A DNA stretch of 64,000 nt, from the NCBI GenBank assembly GCA_046290225.1, contig JBKAGE010000079.1, positions 128,001 to 192,000 of the forward strand. Reading direction: 5' to 3'. Numbering within the stretch: the stretch's first letter is position 1; each line of letters begins with the position of its first letter. The position numbers were made by a program, and so were the translations under genes. This stretch comes from Bradymonadia bacterium. GTDB taxonomy: Bacteria; Myxococcota_A; Bradymonadia; UBA7976; UBA1532. The notes below the pieces were generated by a model, which was given only the letters and a program-made list of their open reading frames with translations, made no database searches and was not told the origin of the DNA. Positions 9,688-20,033 of the stretch are shown in pieces.

Positions 9688-10823
9688 CACTGCACCCCCA
9701 CCAGGATGGGCAGGCCCGGCGCCGCGGCGCGGACTGCGTCGAGCACTGCCACGGTGTGCCAGTGGCGTCCGCTGCTCCATGGGCGCAGCCGCAAGCCCGC
9801 GGGCTCTGGAGTCTCCACAGCCTGTGCATCGCCTTCCGCCCCCTCGTCCTCTTCTGGCGTCTCGGGGAAGAGCATGGCGTCGAGGGCCCTGCGGAGCATG
9901 TCACGATCGATGTTGGGCCCCTTCCGAGGCACCTGGACGACCTTTTCTCCGAGAGTGAGGGTGAGGCCCTCAGGTGCCTCTACGGCTTCGATGACCGGGG
10001 GCGGCGTGTTGCCCTCGACGTTGGTGATGCGGGCGAGGGGATACAGGGCCGGTCGGCCCCCAGGGCCTCGGACCACCAACAAGGCCTCGTTGGCACCTGC
10101 CTCCGTGGCGAGGGCGATGAGGGTGGGAAGCAGGCTCGCCTGGGCCTGTCGCGGCATGGCGATGGCCACCTGAGGGGTGTAGCCCGCGTGGGCCTCGTTG
10201 GCGAGGCGGGTCCGCATGGCCAGGGCATCTTTGAGTGCCCGCACCTGCTGTGCCTTGTCCTTCGGCGCCACGGGCACCCCGTCGATCTCGAGCCGCTCGC
10301 CGTCAGCGAGCAGGAGCACCGAGGCCGTGGGCCGACCCACGGCGTCTCGTCCGGCGAGGCCACCCTTCCAGGGCCGTGCTGTAGGGGCAGAAGGCAGCCC
10401 GTCCTCGCTGATGAGGTCGAGCAAGCGCTTCTGGCTCTCCGGGGTGTCGACGGCGCTGATTTGCCATGGACCCTGCGCTGTGGCCGTGACGGTGAAGCCC
10501 AACGTCATGGGCCAGCTGTCGACGCTGAAGGCCACTTTGCCCTTCCGGGTCTGGTCGTCGATGCGGCGCAGATCGGCGATGTAGAGGAAGACGTACCGTT
10601 CCTGACCGACGAGGTTGAGCAGGGCGAGGGCGTTGAGGGCGTCGGGGCTGAAATTACGCTGTCGGGCGGCGGCGTCGTACAGCTCGGCGCTGAAGGCGTC
10701 GTTGACCACGGACCAGGCGCTGTATTCCGGTGCTTTCTCAGCCTCTCCACAGCCCGGGAGCCCGGCGAAGCAGAGGCACGACAGCGCCAGAGAGAAGGTG
10801 AGGGGCAGAGCTCTGTTTTGCAT
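9687..10823 (-). CDS. Lipoprotein with possible ExbD/TolR-like periplasmic domains
   Basis: Lipobox LPGC. The VAIAMPRQ...EAGA and LRP...VAVLDAVR segments resemble the ExbD fold. Confidence 0.5.
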   Translation of the reverse strand: MQNRALPLTFSLALSCLCFAGLPGCGEAEKAPEYSAWSVVNDAFSAELYDAAARQRNFSPDALNALALLNLVGQERYVFLYIADLRRIDDQTRKGKVAFSVDSWPMTLGFTVTATAQGPWQISAVDTPESQKRLLDLISEDGLPSAPTARPWKGGLAGRDAVGRPTASVLLLADGERLEIDGVPVAPKDKAQQVRALKDALAMRTRLANEAHAGYTPQVAIAMPRQAQASLLPTLIALATEAGANEALLVVRGPGGRPALYPLARITNVEGNTPPPVIEAVEAPEGLTLTLGEKVVQVPRKGPNIDRDMLRRALDAMLFPETPEEDEGAEGDAQAVETPEPAGLRLRPWSSGRHWHTVAVLDAVRAAAPGLPILVGVQ

Positions 10824-10909
10824 GGAGAGACTATGATACGTCCCCTGCCGGTACACCACCCACATGTGGCGCTCGCCCTCAAATGAAGGGGTGGAGCGAG
10901 AAGGCTGAC

Positions 10910-12106
10910 ATGAGCCGCACCCGCAAACAACGCCGCCGCCGAGGGCCTCGCCTCAAGATCCCCGAGATGCTGATCGATGCCTTGGGCACCCTGGAAGGGG
11001 GCGAGCTGAGCCGCCCCGAGCAGGTCACCCGCATCGCCGAGGGGGTGAAGGCGATCCACCGAGGACTCACTGTAGACCGCCGCCGTTGGATGGGCGGGGG
11101 CTATATGGCCCACAAGGCACAGGGGGCTGCGTATGGCACCTACTACCTGTGCGCCAACCTGCCCAAGCTGTGGCCCATCCTCGATCGCATGGCCCACCGG
11201 GGGCTCATCAAGGCCGGCGCGCTCAAGATCCTGGAGGTGGGCGGCGGTCCGGGTACGGGCACCTTCGCCGCTGCGCTGTGGGCTCAGGCCAGAGGGTGGC
11301 CCCTGCCCACAGTGCACCTCACCGACATTCAGCGAGATCCGCTCTCCCGGGCCCGAGCGCTCTGGAAGGCCATGGGGTGGCCCGCGGAGCTGCTCACCAC
11401 GGCCACTGTCGATCTGACCCAGCCGCTCACCGGTCAGGTGGCTCGGAGCGGCTTCGATCTCGCCCTCGCCTGCAACGTGTTCAACGAGATCGAGACCGCC
11501 CACGACGAGCGGGCGTTGCCGGAGATCGCCGCCCTGCTCAAGCCCACTGGGTGCCTCGTCTCCGTGGAGCCTGCCGTGAGAGAGCTCTCTCGACGTGCCC
11601 TGGCCCTGAGGGACACGGCTGTGGAGAAGGGATGGCGGGTGGTGATGCCCTGCACGCACCAGGGGCCGTGTCCGGCCCTGGAAGACGAGCGCGACTGGTG
11701 TCATGGGGAGTGGAACTTCGAGCGCCCCGATTTCATGGCCGAGGTGGATCGTCGCGTGGGCACCCGGCGCGAGGTGCTCAAGGCCACGTGGTGGGTGGCC
11801 ACACCGCCCAGGCACCCTGGCGTGAGCTCGTTGTCAGTCCCCGAGGGGCTGCGACCTGCCCGAGTGGTGAGTGAGCGCTTCGACCAGAAGGGGCGTACCG
11901 CCCTTGTGGTGTGTGATCTCGAAGGCCGCCGTCGGCTCGAGCTACAGCGTCGCGATGCGGGGCCGGACAATGCCCCATTTGGCCTCGCGGTTCGTCATGA
12001 TCTGCTGGCCTTGCCTCCCGGGACCGAGGGCCGTTTGAGCCCGGATACGCCGGTGATCGCCCTCGCCGAGGTGCCAGACTCTTCAGATACGGACGAATCC
12101 CTGTAA
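10910..12106 (+). CDS. Rsm22/METTL17-like SAM-dependent methyltransferase
   Basis: AYGTYY, LEVGGGPGTG, CNVFNEI, VEPA, PCTHQGPCP, DWCH. Confidence 0.8.
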   Translation: MSRTRKQRRRRGPRLKIPEMLIDALGTLEGGELSRPEQVTRIAEGVKAIHRGLTVDRRRWMGGGYMAHKAQGAAYGTYYLCANLPKLWPILDRMAHRGLIKAGALKILEVGGGPGTGTFAAALWAQARGWPLPTVHLTDIQRDPLSRARALWKAMGWPAELLTTATVDLTQPLTGQVARSGFDLALACNVFNEIETAHDERALPEIAALLKPTGCLVSVEPAVRELSRRALALRDTAVEKGWRVVMPCTHQGPCPALEDERDWCHGEWNFERPDFMAEVDRRVGTRREVLKATWWVATPPRHPGVSSLSVPEGLRPARVVSERFDQKGRTALVVCDLEGRRRLELQRRDAGPDNAPFGLAVRHDLLALPPGTEGRLSPDTPVIALAEVPDSSDTDESL

Positions 12107-12142
12107 GATGAGGAGATTCCTGGCAGCCCCTGGAGGTTGAAG

Positions 12143-12475
12143 ATGTCTCGACTGCAAAGTTTCGAAGAGTTCTGGCCCTACTACCTCAACGAGCATCGAG
12201 ATCCGGTGAACCGGGCGCTGCACTTCATGGGCACCTCGGGGGCCATCGCCGCCGTGGTCACTGCTGCGGTGACGCTGAACCCCATGTTCCTGATCGCGGC
12301 GCCGTTTCTGGGGTATGGCCCGGCCTGGGTGGGGCACTTCATCATCGAGAAGAACAGGCCCGCCACCTTCACCTACCCGCTGTGGTCTCTCATGGGCGAC
12401 TTCAAGATGTTCGGCCTCACGCTCACCGGGCGCCTCGGCCCTCATCTCGAGCGCGCTCAGGCGCAATCGGCCTGA
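12143..12475 (+). CDS. DUF962/Mpo1-like membrane protein
   Basis: FWPYYLNEH, NRALHFMG, AWVGHFIIEKNRPATFTYP. Confidence 0.85.
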   Translation: MSRLQSFEEFWPYYLNEHRDPVNRALHFMGTSGAIAAVVTAAVTLNPMFLIAAPFLGYGPAWVGHFIIEKNRPATFTYPLWSLMGDFKMFGLTLTGRLGPHLERAQAQSA

Positions 12476-12499
12476 GACCCACACTCGAACCGCCCCCAG

Positions 12500-12946
12500 A
12501 TGCTCGACCCCCTTCACTTGACTCTCGTCGCTGCCGTGGTGTTGCTCGGCGCTTTGCCGCTGCTGCTCCACGGGCGGAAGATCTCCACCCACCGTCAGGC
12601 GGTCCGGGCCGCCATGGCGCAGTGCCTCGATCAGATCGTACGGCGACGCACGCTCATCGACGCCCCGTTGCCCAGTGCCCTGGTGACCTCGATTCGAGAC
12701 ATGGGGCTCCCCGGGGAGCCCTGGCGCACGTTGATGCGTCAGGAGGCAGAACTCGAAATGCCCGAGGATGCTGAAGCGGTGACCGCGGCCAGCGCTCGGG
12801 TGACGGCCACCCTTCGGGTGCTCCAGCGCGAGATCGAGGTCTACAATGCCCTGGTGGGCTCGGGGGGCGGCCGCTTCGCCGCGGGGATCCTGGGCCTCGA
12901 GGCCATCTCACATCAAACCGACACGACAGAGGTACCCCCATCGTGA
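12500..12946 (+). CDS. LemA-like membrane-anchored protein
   Basis: N-terminal TM helix, then helical domain ending EVYNALV...FAAGILG. Confidence 0.5.
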   Translation: MLDPLHLTLVAAVVLLGALPLLLHGRKISTHRQAVRAAMAQCLDQIVRRRTLIDAPLPSALVTSIRDMGLPGEPWRTLMRQEAELEMPEDAEAVTAASARVTATLRVLQREIEVYNALVGSGGGRFAAGILGLEAISHQTDTTEVPPS

Positions 12947-14493
12947 GTGCCATCACCCCGAGGGTGAGATCCATCGACGCGCCGAGGTCACACCCCCTCG
13001 AGCCGATTCATCGAGGCGACGGCATCATCGCCGTGGACAAGCCTGTGGGGTGGCTTACTCACCCCGATGGGGCCACGACGCGCCCCGACGTGGTCACCGC
13101 CCTCGGCGGTGATGTGGGCGTACACCATCGCCTCGACGTGGATACCAGCGGGGTACTGCTGCTGAGCACCGATCCTGAGGGGGCGAAGCGCCTTCAGAAA
13201 GCCTTCGAGTCGCGGTCCATGGGTAAACGCTACCTCGCCGTAGTCCTGGGCACACCGCCGCGCAAAGAAGGCACACTGAGAGGGCCAGTCCCCGAAGCCC
13301 CCGGGCGAAAGGCCGAGACGCGATACCGCACCCTGAAGGTGTTTCGAGGCAGCGGGGGTGCGCCCAAGGCGGTCCTCGAGGTCACGCCGATCACCGGGCG
13401 CACACATCAAATCCGGGCCCACCTCGCCCAGGTGGGGTGCCCCATCCTTGGCGACCAGCGCTATGGCGATCCGTTGAGCCCGCTGGCTTCCCGTCTGATG
13501 TTGCACTGTTGGTCGATGACTTTGCCGGGGGCGGCGCCCATCGTCGCCGAGCCCCCAGCGCCCTTCGCCCGCTACCTCGGCAAGTCGCCCGAGGATGCCC
13601 GGGGCGAGATCGCGACCGATGAAGGCACCACGGCATGGCGCATGATCCACGGCGCCGCCGATGGCCACCGCGGGTGGTACGTGGATCGATATGGCGACTA
13701 CGCCTGGATCCACCACCACGAGGGCACCCCCGAGGGGCCCATGCCTGAAGTGAAGGGGGCTTTTCGTATCACCGCGCTGCGCGATCGATCCCGCGGTGGG
13801 CAGGCGATGCCCGAGTTGATCTCTGGTGAGCGGCCGCCGACGCCGATGACGATCCATGAGAACGATGTGCGCTATGTGGTGTCTCTCTCAGAGGAGAGCT
13901 TGTCCACGGGCATCTTTCTCGACCATCGACCTCAACGGCGTCTGCTCAAGGAGACCAGCGCCGGGTGCCGGGTGCTCAACACCTTCGCCCACGCTGGGGC
14001 CTTCTCCGTCGCAGCGGCCGCCGGGGGAGCAGAGTCGTCACTGAGCATCGACTTGTCGGCGCGGTGGCTGGCGCGACAAGATCCGCAGATCGAAGCCAAT
14101 GGCCTCGACGTGGCGGCACATCGCACCGCGAAAGGCGACGTCTTCGACTGGATGCGTCGCCTGGCCCGCCGAGGTGAGAAGTTCGACGTGATCATCCTCG
14201 ATCCGCCCTCGACGAGCGTGGGCAAGAAGGGCAAACGGTGGAGCGCCGCGCGAGACTACGGATCCCTGGTGGAGGCTGCGGCGCCGCTCATGGCCCCAGG
14301 CGGGGCACTGTGGACCTGCACCAATTACCACAAGCTCACGCCGGCCCGCTTCGCCCGCGACGTCGCCCAGGCTCTGTCTACGTCTCCCGGTGCCGCCCCT
14401 GGGGCGGTGTTGGAGCACGTGAGACCCCCAGCGGTGGACTTCCCAGTGGACGAGACACCCCCTCTGAAGACCTTCATCTGGCGCTGGCCGTGA
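12943..14493 (+). CDS. RluA-family pseudouridine synthase fused to an RlmI/RlmK-like class I SAM methyltransferase
   Basis: N-half: VDKPVG, HRLDVDTSG (catalytic Asp), TGRTHQIRAH, PILGD, LH. C-half: STGIFLDHR, VLNTFAHAGAFS, FDVIILDPP. Confidence 0.85.
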   Translation: MSAITPRVRSIDAPRSHPLEPIHRGDGIIAVDKPVGWLTHPDGATTRPDVVTALGGDVGVHHRLDVDTSGVLLLSTDPEGAKRLQKAFESRSMGKRYLAVVLGTPPRKEGTLRGPVPEAPGRKAETRYRTLKVFRGSGGAPKAVLEVTPITGRTHQIRAHLAQVGCPILGDQRYGDPLSPLASRLMLHCWSMTLPGAAPIVAEPPAPFARYLGKSPEDARGEIATDEGTTAWRMIHGAADGHRGWYVDRYGDYAWIHHHEGTPEGPMPEVKGAFRITALRDRSRGGQAMPELISGERPPTPMTIHENDVRYVVSLSEESLSTGIFLDHRPQRRLLKETSAGCRVLNTFAHAGAFSVAAAAGGAESSLSIDLSARWLARQDPQIEANGLDVAAHRTAKGDVFDWMRRLARRGEKFDVIILDPPSTSVGKKGKRWSAARDYGSLVEAAAPLMAPGGALWTCTNYHKLTPARFARDVAQALSTSPGAAPGAVLEHVRPPAVDFPVDETPPLKTFIWRWP

Positions 14494-14521
14494 TGGCCGT
14501 CGGTCACCCTCAGGAGCCCCA

Positions 14522-15976
14522 TTGACATCTGCCCAGCCCGAGAACACGCCGGCCGAGCGAGCTCAGTCCGCCAAGGCCCAGCGTGTACGCCTCATGTTGC
14601 TCGCCGCCATCGTGGCGGTCATCGCCATGAGCGCTGTGCTCTACTTTAAGATCGAAGATCGCAAGTCGATGAAGGCCGCCGCCGCCCAGGGCCCCGAGTC
14701 CCAGGCAGAGCGTGCCCTCACCGAGGCGGATCGCGCGGTGGTGAACCAGGACTTCGCCCAGGCGAGGCAAGCGTTCACCCGGGCAGCCACGGCCCTCGAC
14801 GAGGCCCTCAAAGGCAAGGGGCGAGATCTCAAGTTGCTGCGCATTCGCATGAGCGTCGATGATCGGCTCGCGTATCTCGACCAGCGAGAGGCGCGGCTGG
14901 ACTGGGCTGTGGAGCATGCCACCGCCGCTCGGGATCGAGCGCGGGCGATCCTGACGCTGAGCATCACCGACGAGCGATCCCGCATGGACCGTTTGAGCAC
15001 CGCCCAGCGCCTGCGGGAGGTCCTCGAGAAGTCCGAGCGCCCCGTGGAGGCGCGGCAAGCGCTGTTCGAGGCCGCCGAGGCTGTCGAGGCCACCCTCGAG
15101 ACGCTCCCTCCAGATCAATCGACCCGAGTGGCCCTCTCGGAGGCGTGGCAGGGGGTCGCGGCCCTCGGGGCTTCTGGAGCCGAGGCGACCAAAGCCCATG
15201 CCCGCGCCATCGCCCACGCTGAAGAGGCTTTGAAGGGGGCCCACGAGCCCATCGGGGCCCTCGACCACCTCTACAGCGTGCTCTCTCTGGCGTTGGAAGA
15301 CAGTGCAGATGCCCGGCATGGGGCGCGTCTGAAGCGGGCGATTCAGGTGCTGCGGTTGCGTCTCGAACTCAAGGCCGGTGATCGGGCGGCCCGTCGGGCC
15401 CTCGCCGGCAGGCTGAGCCAGCAGGCCAAGGCCCGAGAGGGCGCTGAGGCCGAGGCGCTCTATGGGGAGTCGATCACCCTGCGCAGAGCGCTGCTCGAAG
15501 GCGCCCCAGATGACGGTGAGGCTCGGGCTGATCTGGCTGTGGCGTTGAGCCAGCTCGCCCGGCATCACGGCGCCGCGAGCGCAGATACCAAGAGTCGGGA
15601 TGCATACGCGGAGGCTGTGGAGGTGGCTCGACCCCTGAAAGCCTCGCACCCTGATCTACTCGTCAAGCTGCTCGGCAGCCTCGCCCAGGTCCTCGGGCGC
15701 ATGGACGAGATGGTGCCCAGCAAGGCTGCCGCTGCCGAGGCCTGGTCTCTCGCGAGCGGCCGAGTCGACGCTGAGGGCGATCGTACGCGGCTCATGGCCG
15801 CTGTGGCGGCGCTTCGCCATGCGCGCCTGCTCCGGGCAGATCCGAAGCCCGACAAGAAAGGGGCGCTGAAGATCACCCGCGAAGGGCTGGATCTCGTAAA
15901 GGGCCTTCAGAGACAGGGTGGTCGATCGAAGAAGGTCAAGCAGGGCCTCGAGACGCTGCTCGCGGAGCTGAGGTGA
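14522..15976 (+). CDS. Membrane-anchored TPR-like helical-repeat protein
   Basis: N-terminal TM helix; Ala/Leu-rich helical repeats. Start uncertain. Confidence 0.65.
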   Translation: MTSAQPENTPAERAQSAKAQRVRLMLLAAIVAVIAMSAVLYFKIEDRKSMKAAAAQGPESQAERALTEADRAVVNQDFAQARQAFTRAATALDEALKGKGRDLKLLRIRMSVDDRLAYLDQREARLDWAVEHATAARDRARAILTLSITDERSRMDRLSTAQRLREVLEKSERPVEARQALFEAAEAVEATLETLPPDQSTRVALSEAWQGVAALGASGAEATKAHARAIAHAEEALKGAHEPIGALDHLYSVLSLALEDSADARHGARLKRAIQVLRLRLELKAGDRAARRALAGRLSQQAKAREGAEAEALYGESITLRRALLEGAPDDGEARADLAVALSQLARHHGAASADTKSRDAYAEAVEVARPLKASHPDLLVKLLGSLAQVLGRMDEMVPSKAAAAEAWSLASGRVDAEGDRTRLMAAVAALRHARLLRADPKPDKKGALKITREGLDLVKGLQRQGGRSKKVKQGLETLLAELR

Positions 15977-15988
15977 GCGGGCCAAGGG

Positions 15989-16459
15989 TCACTCGGAGTC
16001 GACCACTCTGAGGATGGGCCGTGGCCGGGGATCATCTGACCACTGCGCACCACATGCTCTGCAGGTCCAAGGGCCTTCGTCGTGGGCCGGTGTACCCGAG
16101 AGCCAGCGGCGGATGCGCTCGAACACGCCCCCATGAGGGGTTTGCTCGGTGCCACAGGCAGGGCATCGGGGCTGCTTGGGCTTTGCAGTGCTCCCCCTCG
16201 GGCCGGGGGCCTCGAGGGCGATGGCCTCGAGCTCGTCTGCGGGGATCGCGTCCATCTCCAGTGTGGCGAGGGCTCGGGCTTCGTCGGTGGTCGCCACCGT
16301 GAGCCTGACCCCGCCGAGGACTGCAGCGCAGCCAGGGTAGAGCCCCAGCAGGTGCTCGTCGACGATGCGACACGTGATCCCCTCCGCTTCGAGCCGACCA
16401 CGGGCCATGTGGGCCTCGATGGGCAGCTGAAACGTAGCGATGGTGATCCAGTCGGACAT
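15989..16459 (-). CDS. DUF2007 (putative signal-transducing) protein with C-terminal zinc ribbon
   Basis: EAHMARGRLEAEGI...GGVRLTV; CPAC and CRAC pairs. Confidence 0.75.
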   Translation of the reverse strand: MSDWITIATFQLPIEAHMARGRLEAEGITCRIVDEHLLGLYPGCAAVLGGVRLTVATTDEARALATLEMDAIPADELEAIALEAPGPRGSTAKPKQPRCPACGTEQTPHGGVFERIRRWLSGTPAHDEGPWTCRACGAQWSDDPRPRPILRVVDSE

Positions 16460-16582
16460 CTCGACTCCCGGTGCACAACGCTCTACACAACACGTGTAGA
16501 GATGTGTGTTCATTCGTAGAGGTAACGAAATCACAGCGCCTTTCTCAAATGTTGGTGCGAGAAATGGCAGATTTGCAAGGGG

Positions 16583-17188
16583 ATGCCCGTGGGCACGCTG
16601 GAACGCCGCTTTTCACCGGCGGCTGATCGCAACAAAGAAGTCATCTTCGATGTGCTGAGCGGGCTGCTCCCCTCAGAAGGGTTGCTGCTCGAGGTGGCCA
16701 GCGGATCTGGCCAGCACGCCGCCCACATGGCCCCTTTGCTGCCCCGATGGCGATGGCAGCCTACTGACATCGGGCCCCAAGCCCTGGAGAGCATCAGCGC
16801 GTGGACCCAGGACATCGAGAACGTGCTCGAACCACAACTGCTCGACGTCACCGAGCAACCCTGGCCCGTCGAGACGGCCGACGCGTTGTTCTGCGCCAAC
16901 ATGATCCACATCGCCCCCTGGGCTGCCACCGAAGGGATCTTCACCGGCGCGGGCAACGCGCTCAGCGCCGAGGCCGTGGTGTGCCTCTATGGGCCTTTTC
17001 GTTTCTCTGGCCAGTTCACTGCCGAGAGCAACGCCCGTTTCGATGTGTCCTTGAAGAGTCGAGATCCGCGCTGGGGGGTCAGAGACATCGACGACGTGTG
17101 CGCCCTCGCCGAGTCGAATGGGTGGCGCCTCTCAGAGACACACGCGATGCCCGCCAACAATCACGTGATGGTGTTCAGACGCCTCTGA
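16583..17188 (+). CDS. DUF938 family SAM methyltransferase
   Basis: SPAADRNK, EVASGSGQHA, WQPTD, NMIHIAPW, YGPF, MPANN. Confidence 0.9.
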   Translation: MPVGTLERRFSPAADRNKEVIFDVLSGLLPSEGLLLEVASGSGQHAAHMAPLLPRWRWQPTDIGPQALESISAWTQDIENVLEPQLLDVTEQPWPVETADALFCANMIHIAPWAATEGIFTGAGNALSAEAVVCLYGPFRFSGQFTAESNARFDVSLKSRDPRWGVRDIDDVCALAESNGWRLSETHAMPANNHVMVFRRL

Positions 17189-17207
17189 GCGGCATGGGGC
17201 CTGGGCT

Positions 17208-18125
17208 CTAGATCTCCATGCTCTCCATGCGGATGCGGCCGAGATCGAGCCACTCTTTTTCGAAGTACTCCGCGGTGAGGTTCAGGTAGGCCGCCCCCTC
17301 GTCTTGAGCGAGGGTCTTGAAGTCCACCCCTTCGCCGGTGGGGTTCGCCTCGAGCAACCAGCGCACCCGGTCCGCCACCCGGATGAGGGCCACGAGGTTG
17401 GCCACCGCGCCGCCTTCACTGAAGGCCCGCCCCGCCTGGTGATGCCAGGCCACCACCGTGGGCACCGGCTCAGGAATGTTCCAGCTGCGAAGCAGGTGGC
17501 CTGCGAGCACGCCGTGGTCGAACCCGTTGGCTTTGCGCTCCAGCACATAGGTGGTGTTCCACTCCTTTTTGCTCTGGCGCAGAAGATCCGGGTAGTGGGT
17601 CTTATCTACCTGCAACATCATCAGCTTGCCGATGTCGTGGAGCAGGGCACAGGTGTAGACGTCGGCGGCGTCGAGATCGCGACGCCGGCCGGCGATGTAC
17701 CGTGCGAGACCGCCCACCACCACCGAGTCCTGCTTGATCTTCGCCCCCATCTGCCCGATGTCGCGGAACGTCTCCAACACCGCCGAGCCTGCTGCGAGGC
17801 CCCGAACGAGGTTGGTGCCCAGGAGCGTGATGGCGTCAGAGACGCTGCGGCAGGGGTGCTTGAGACCCACGGCGCCCGAGTTCACCAACCGCAAAAGCTT
17901 CGAAGAAAGGCCAGGATCACTCGTGATGAGTCGCTCCACCTCGGCGACGCTGTAGTTGGGATCACGGGTGATGGTGAGCAACCGCACGGCGGCGGCGGGG
18001 AAGGGGAGCACCCCAGAGGTCTCGACCAGGATCGCCACCATGCTTCGGGCGGCGCGCTGCTCGGCCTCGGCGTCTGGGGCGGTGCCAAACCAAAGCTCTT
18101 CTTCGACGGAAAACTCGGAGTTCAT
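17208..18125 (-). CDS. HDOD domain protein
   Basis: DPGLSSKLLRLVNS, LLHDIGK, W-N-I-P, HH motif. Confidence 0.9.
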   Translation of the reverse strand: MNSEFSVEEELWFGTAPDAEAEQRAARSMVAILVETSGVLPFPAAAVRLLTITRDPNYSVAEVERLITSDPGLSSKLLRLVNSGAVGLKHPCRSVSDAITLLGTNLVRGLAAGSAVLETFRDIGQMGAKIKQDSVVVGGLARYIAGRRRDLDAADVYTCALLHDIGKLMMLQVDKTHYPDLLRQSKKEWNTTYVLERKANGFDHGVLAGHLLRSWNIPEPVPTVVAWHHQAGRAFSEGGAVANLVALIRVADRVRWLLEANPTGEGVDFKTLAQDEGAAYLNLTAEYFEKEWLDLGRIRMESMEI

Positions 18126-18255
18126 GCTGTCGTCCTGCGGATGTGGCGGTGGGGCCGGCGGCGATGGCCCAGTTGTCTCTGAACGCTACAGAGATCGGCC
18201 GAAACACCCCGCACCTTGAGGCCTGGACGGCATTTGAAGGGCCTCGAAAGGGCCC

Positions 18256-19161
18256 TCACACCCGGACGAGCAAGCCCTCTTCCACGAGATCTCGAATCAA
18301 CTCCAGCGCTTGGCCTTCGTCTGCGCCGGCCGACGCCGCTGTCGAGATGGCCTCTGACTCGTTTTGGGGGGCCTCGTTCAGGCCATCGAGCAGAGCGTTG
18401 AGGGCCTGTGAGCCGCCCCCGAGGGACAGGCTGATTTCGCCTTCTGGTCCTGCCCCGTTGTCCTCGGGCCATCGACCTTCTACGAGCAGATATTCGGGCT
18501 GGGCCCGATCGAGCGCGGGGGTGGCAGGTCGTGGAAACTGCCCCTTGAGCACCGCGGTCATGGCCTCGGCGCCGAGGGCGTCGAGGGCGGCCTTTACCGC
18601 GCTGTAGAGCTGCAGGCCGCCGCCTGCGAGGGTGAGCGGCTGTACGAGAGGGCTGCATTGGTAAAGCGCGCCGTCCTGCACGGCCCGAGGTTGCGCCCGC
18701 CTCAGCCGGGCGAAGGCGAGCTCGAGATCGACCAGGGCCCTCAGCGCCGTGCCCTCGGCGCCTTCGAGGGGGGACCAGAGCCTCAACCACGTGCCGAAGG
18801 CCAGGGCCAGCACCCCTCGGTGTTGAATGCATCGATGAAAGGCCGGGCTCGAGAAGAAGCTGTCGAGAGCGGCGCCACCGAGGATCCCACCTGAGGCGCC
18901 TCGGGCGGAGATCACCCATGCGCCCGCCACTGGGTACTCGTCGAGCAGCGCTGTGAGCGAGCGGGTTCGGCGGAGCGGATCAGTGGTGAAGGCGCGACGA
19001 TCGATGGCGGTGAGCCAGCCCACAGCTTCTTCAGGCAGCTGCACGGAGCACAGAGGCCCTTGGAGCGCAGTCTGAGGATCAGCGAAGACCGCCTCGGCGA
19101 AGGGGCGGTCGTAGAGCATGCGCACCACGACGCGTTGCAGAGTCACATGGGTGTCGCTCAT
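18256..19161 (-). CDS. DUF692-partner protein (DUF2063/HvfC-like)
   Basis: Overlaps the DUF692 gene stop. LLDEYP, LAFGTWL and ALVDLELA motifs; C-terminal LVEEGLL helix. Confidence 0.6.
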   Translation of the reverse strand: MSDTHVTLQRVVVRMLYDRPFAEAVFADPQTALQGPLCSVQLPEEAVGWLTAIDRRAFTTDPLRRTRSLTALLDEYPVAGAWVISARGASGGILGGAALDSFFSSPAFHRCIQHRGVLALAFGTWLRLWSPLEGAEGTALRALVDLELAFARLRRAQPRAVQDGALYQCSPLVQPLTLAGGGLQLYSAVKAALDALGAEAMTAVLKGQFPRPATPALDRAQPEYLLVEGRWPEDNGAGPEGEISLSLGGGSQALNALLDGLNEAPQNESEAISTAASAGADEGQALELIRDLVEEGLLVRV

Positions 19162-20033
19162 GGCATCCACCCCAGGGCGTCGAGGGCCTCGGCGATGCGG
19201 GCAAAGCCCGGCAGGCAATCTTCGAGGGGGTTGCGCTCACACTCGAAGACCACGGCCTTCAAGTTGCTCGCTCGGGCGACGACGTGCTCGAAGATGCGCC
19301 AGGTGTCGTCGAGGACCTCGGGGGTGTGATCGTCGGCGATGTATCCGAAGCCCTCGTGCTGCTTCTCCACACCCCCGGCGACGTGCAGCTCGACGACCCG
19401 ATCGAGGGGGAACCCGTCGAAGGCCGTGAGCGGATCGTGACCCATGGCGCGTTGATAGATGGCGAGGTGGGCGCAGTCGAGAAGCATCCCTGTGTCTCCG
19501 GCCTCACAGACCTGGCCGAAGAAGTCGAGCAGGTGCAGATCACCGATGAAGGCCTCACCAGGCGGGTTCTCGGGCAGCACCTCGTACCCCGCCCCTGCCC
19601 GCAGGGTACACACGCCTTCCCCCATGGCGAGGGCGGCGTCCCGAGAGAGGATGGGAGGCAACAGCAGCATGTGATTGCGATCACGGGGACCAAAGTGCCA
19701 GAGCCCGGCGTCGCCACACATCCATGCAGGCCGCACCACCGCTGCGAGATCGGCCACCCGGGCGAGCCAGCGATCGTCGAAGTCCGCGGGCTCGTCGAGG
19801 TTGATGTCGAGGAAGTGATAGGTCGTGGCCCGACCCGCCTCGGCCCAGGCCCTGGCGTCGTGATCGAGGCCCTTGCTCGCCTCGACGCCGATTTCGAGGA
19901 AGCCCGCATACCGAGGGTGAGCTCTCCACAAGGCCTCGACGTCGAGGGCCCCCGCGGCGCCGGCGGCGCCATACTCGGTGGAGACTCCGATGCCGAGCTT
20001 GGGCAGGTTCAGAACACGATCGGTGAACCCCAT
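19158..20033 (-). CDS. DUF692 / multinuclear non-heme iron oxidase (MNIO) family protein
   Basis: PENPP, GMLLDCAH, PLDRVVELHVAGG, DDH and FECE metal-ligand motifs on a TIM-barrel-sized ORF. Confidence 0.8.
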   Translation of the reverse strand: MGFTDRVLNLPKLGIGVSTEYGAAGAAGALDVEALWRAHPRYAGFLEIGVEASKGLDHDARAWAEAGRATTYHFLDINLDEPADFDDRWLARVADLAAVVRPAWMCGDAGLWHFGPRDRNHMLLLPPILSRDAALAMGEGVCTLRAGAGYEVLPENPPGEAFIGDLHLLDFFGQVCEAGDTGMLLDCAHLAIYQRAMGHDPLTAFDGFPLDRVVELHVAGGVEKQHEGFGYIADDHTPEVLDDTWRIFEHVVARASNLKAVVFECERNPLEDCLPGFARIAEALDALGWMP

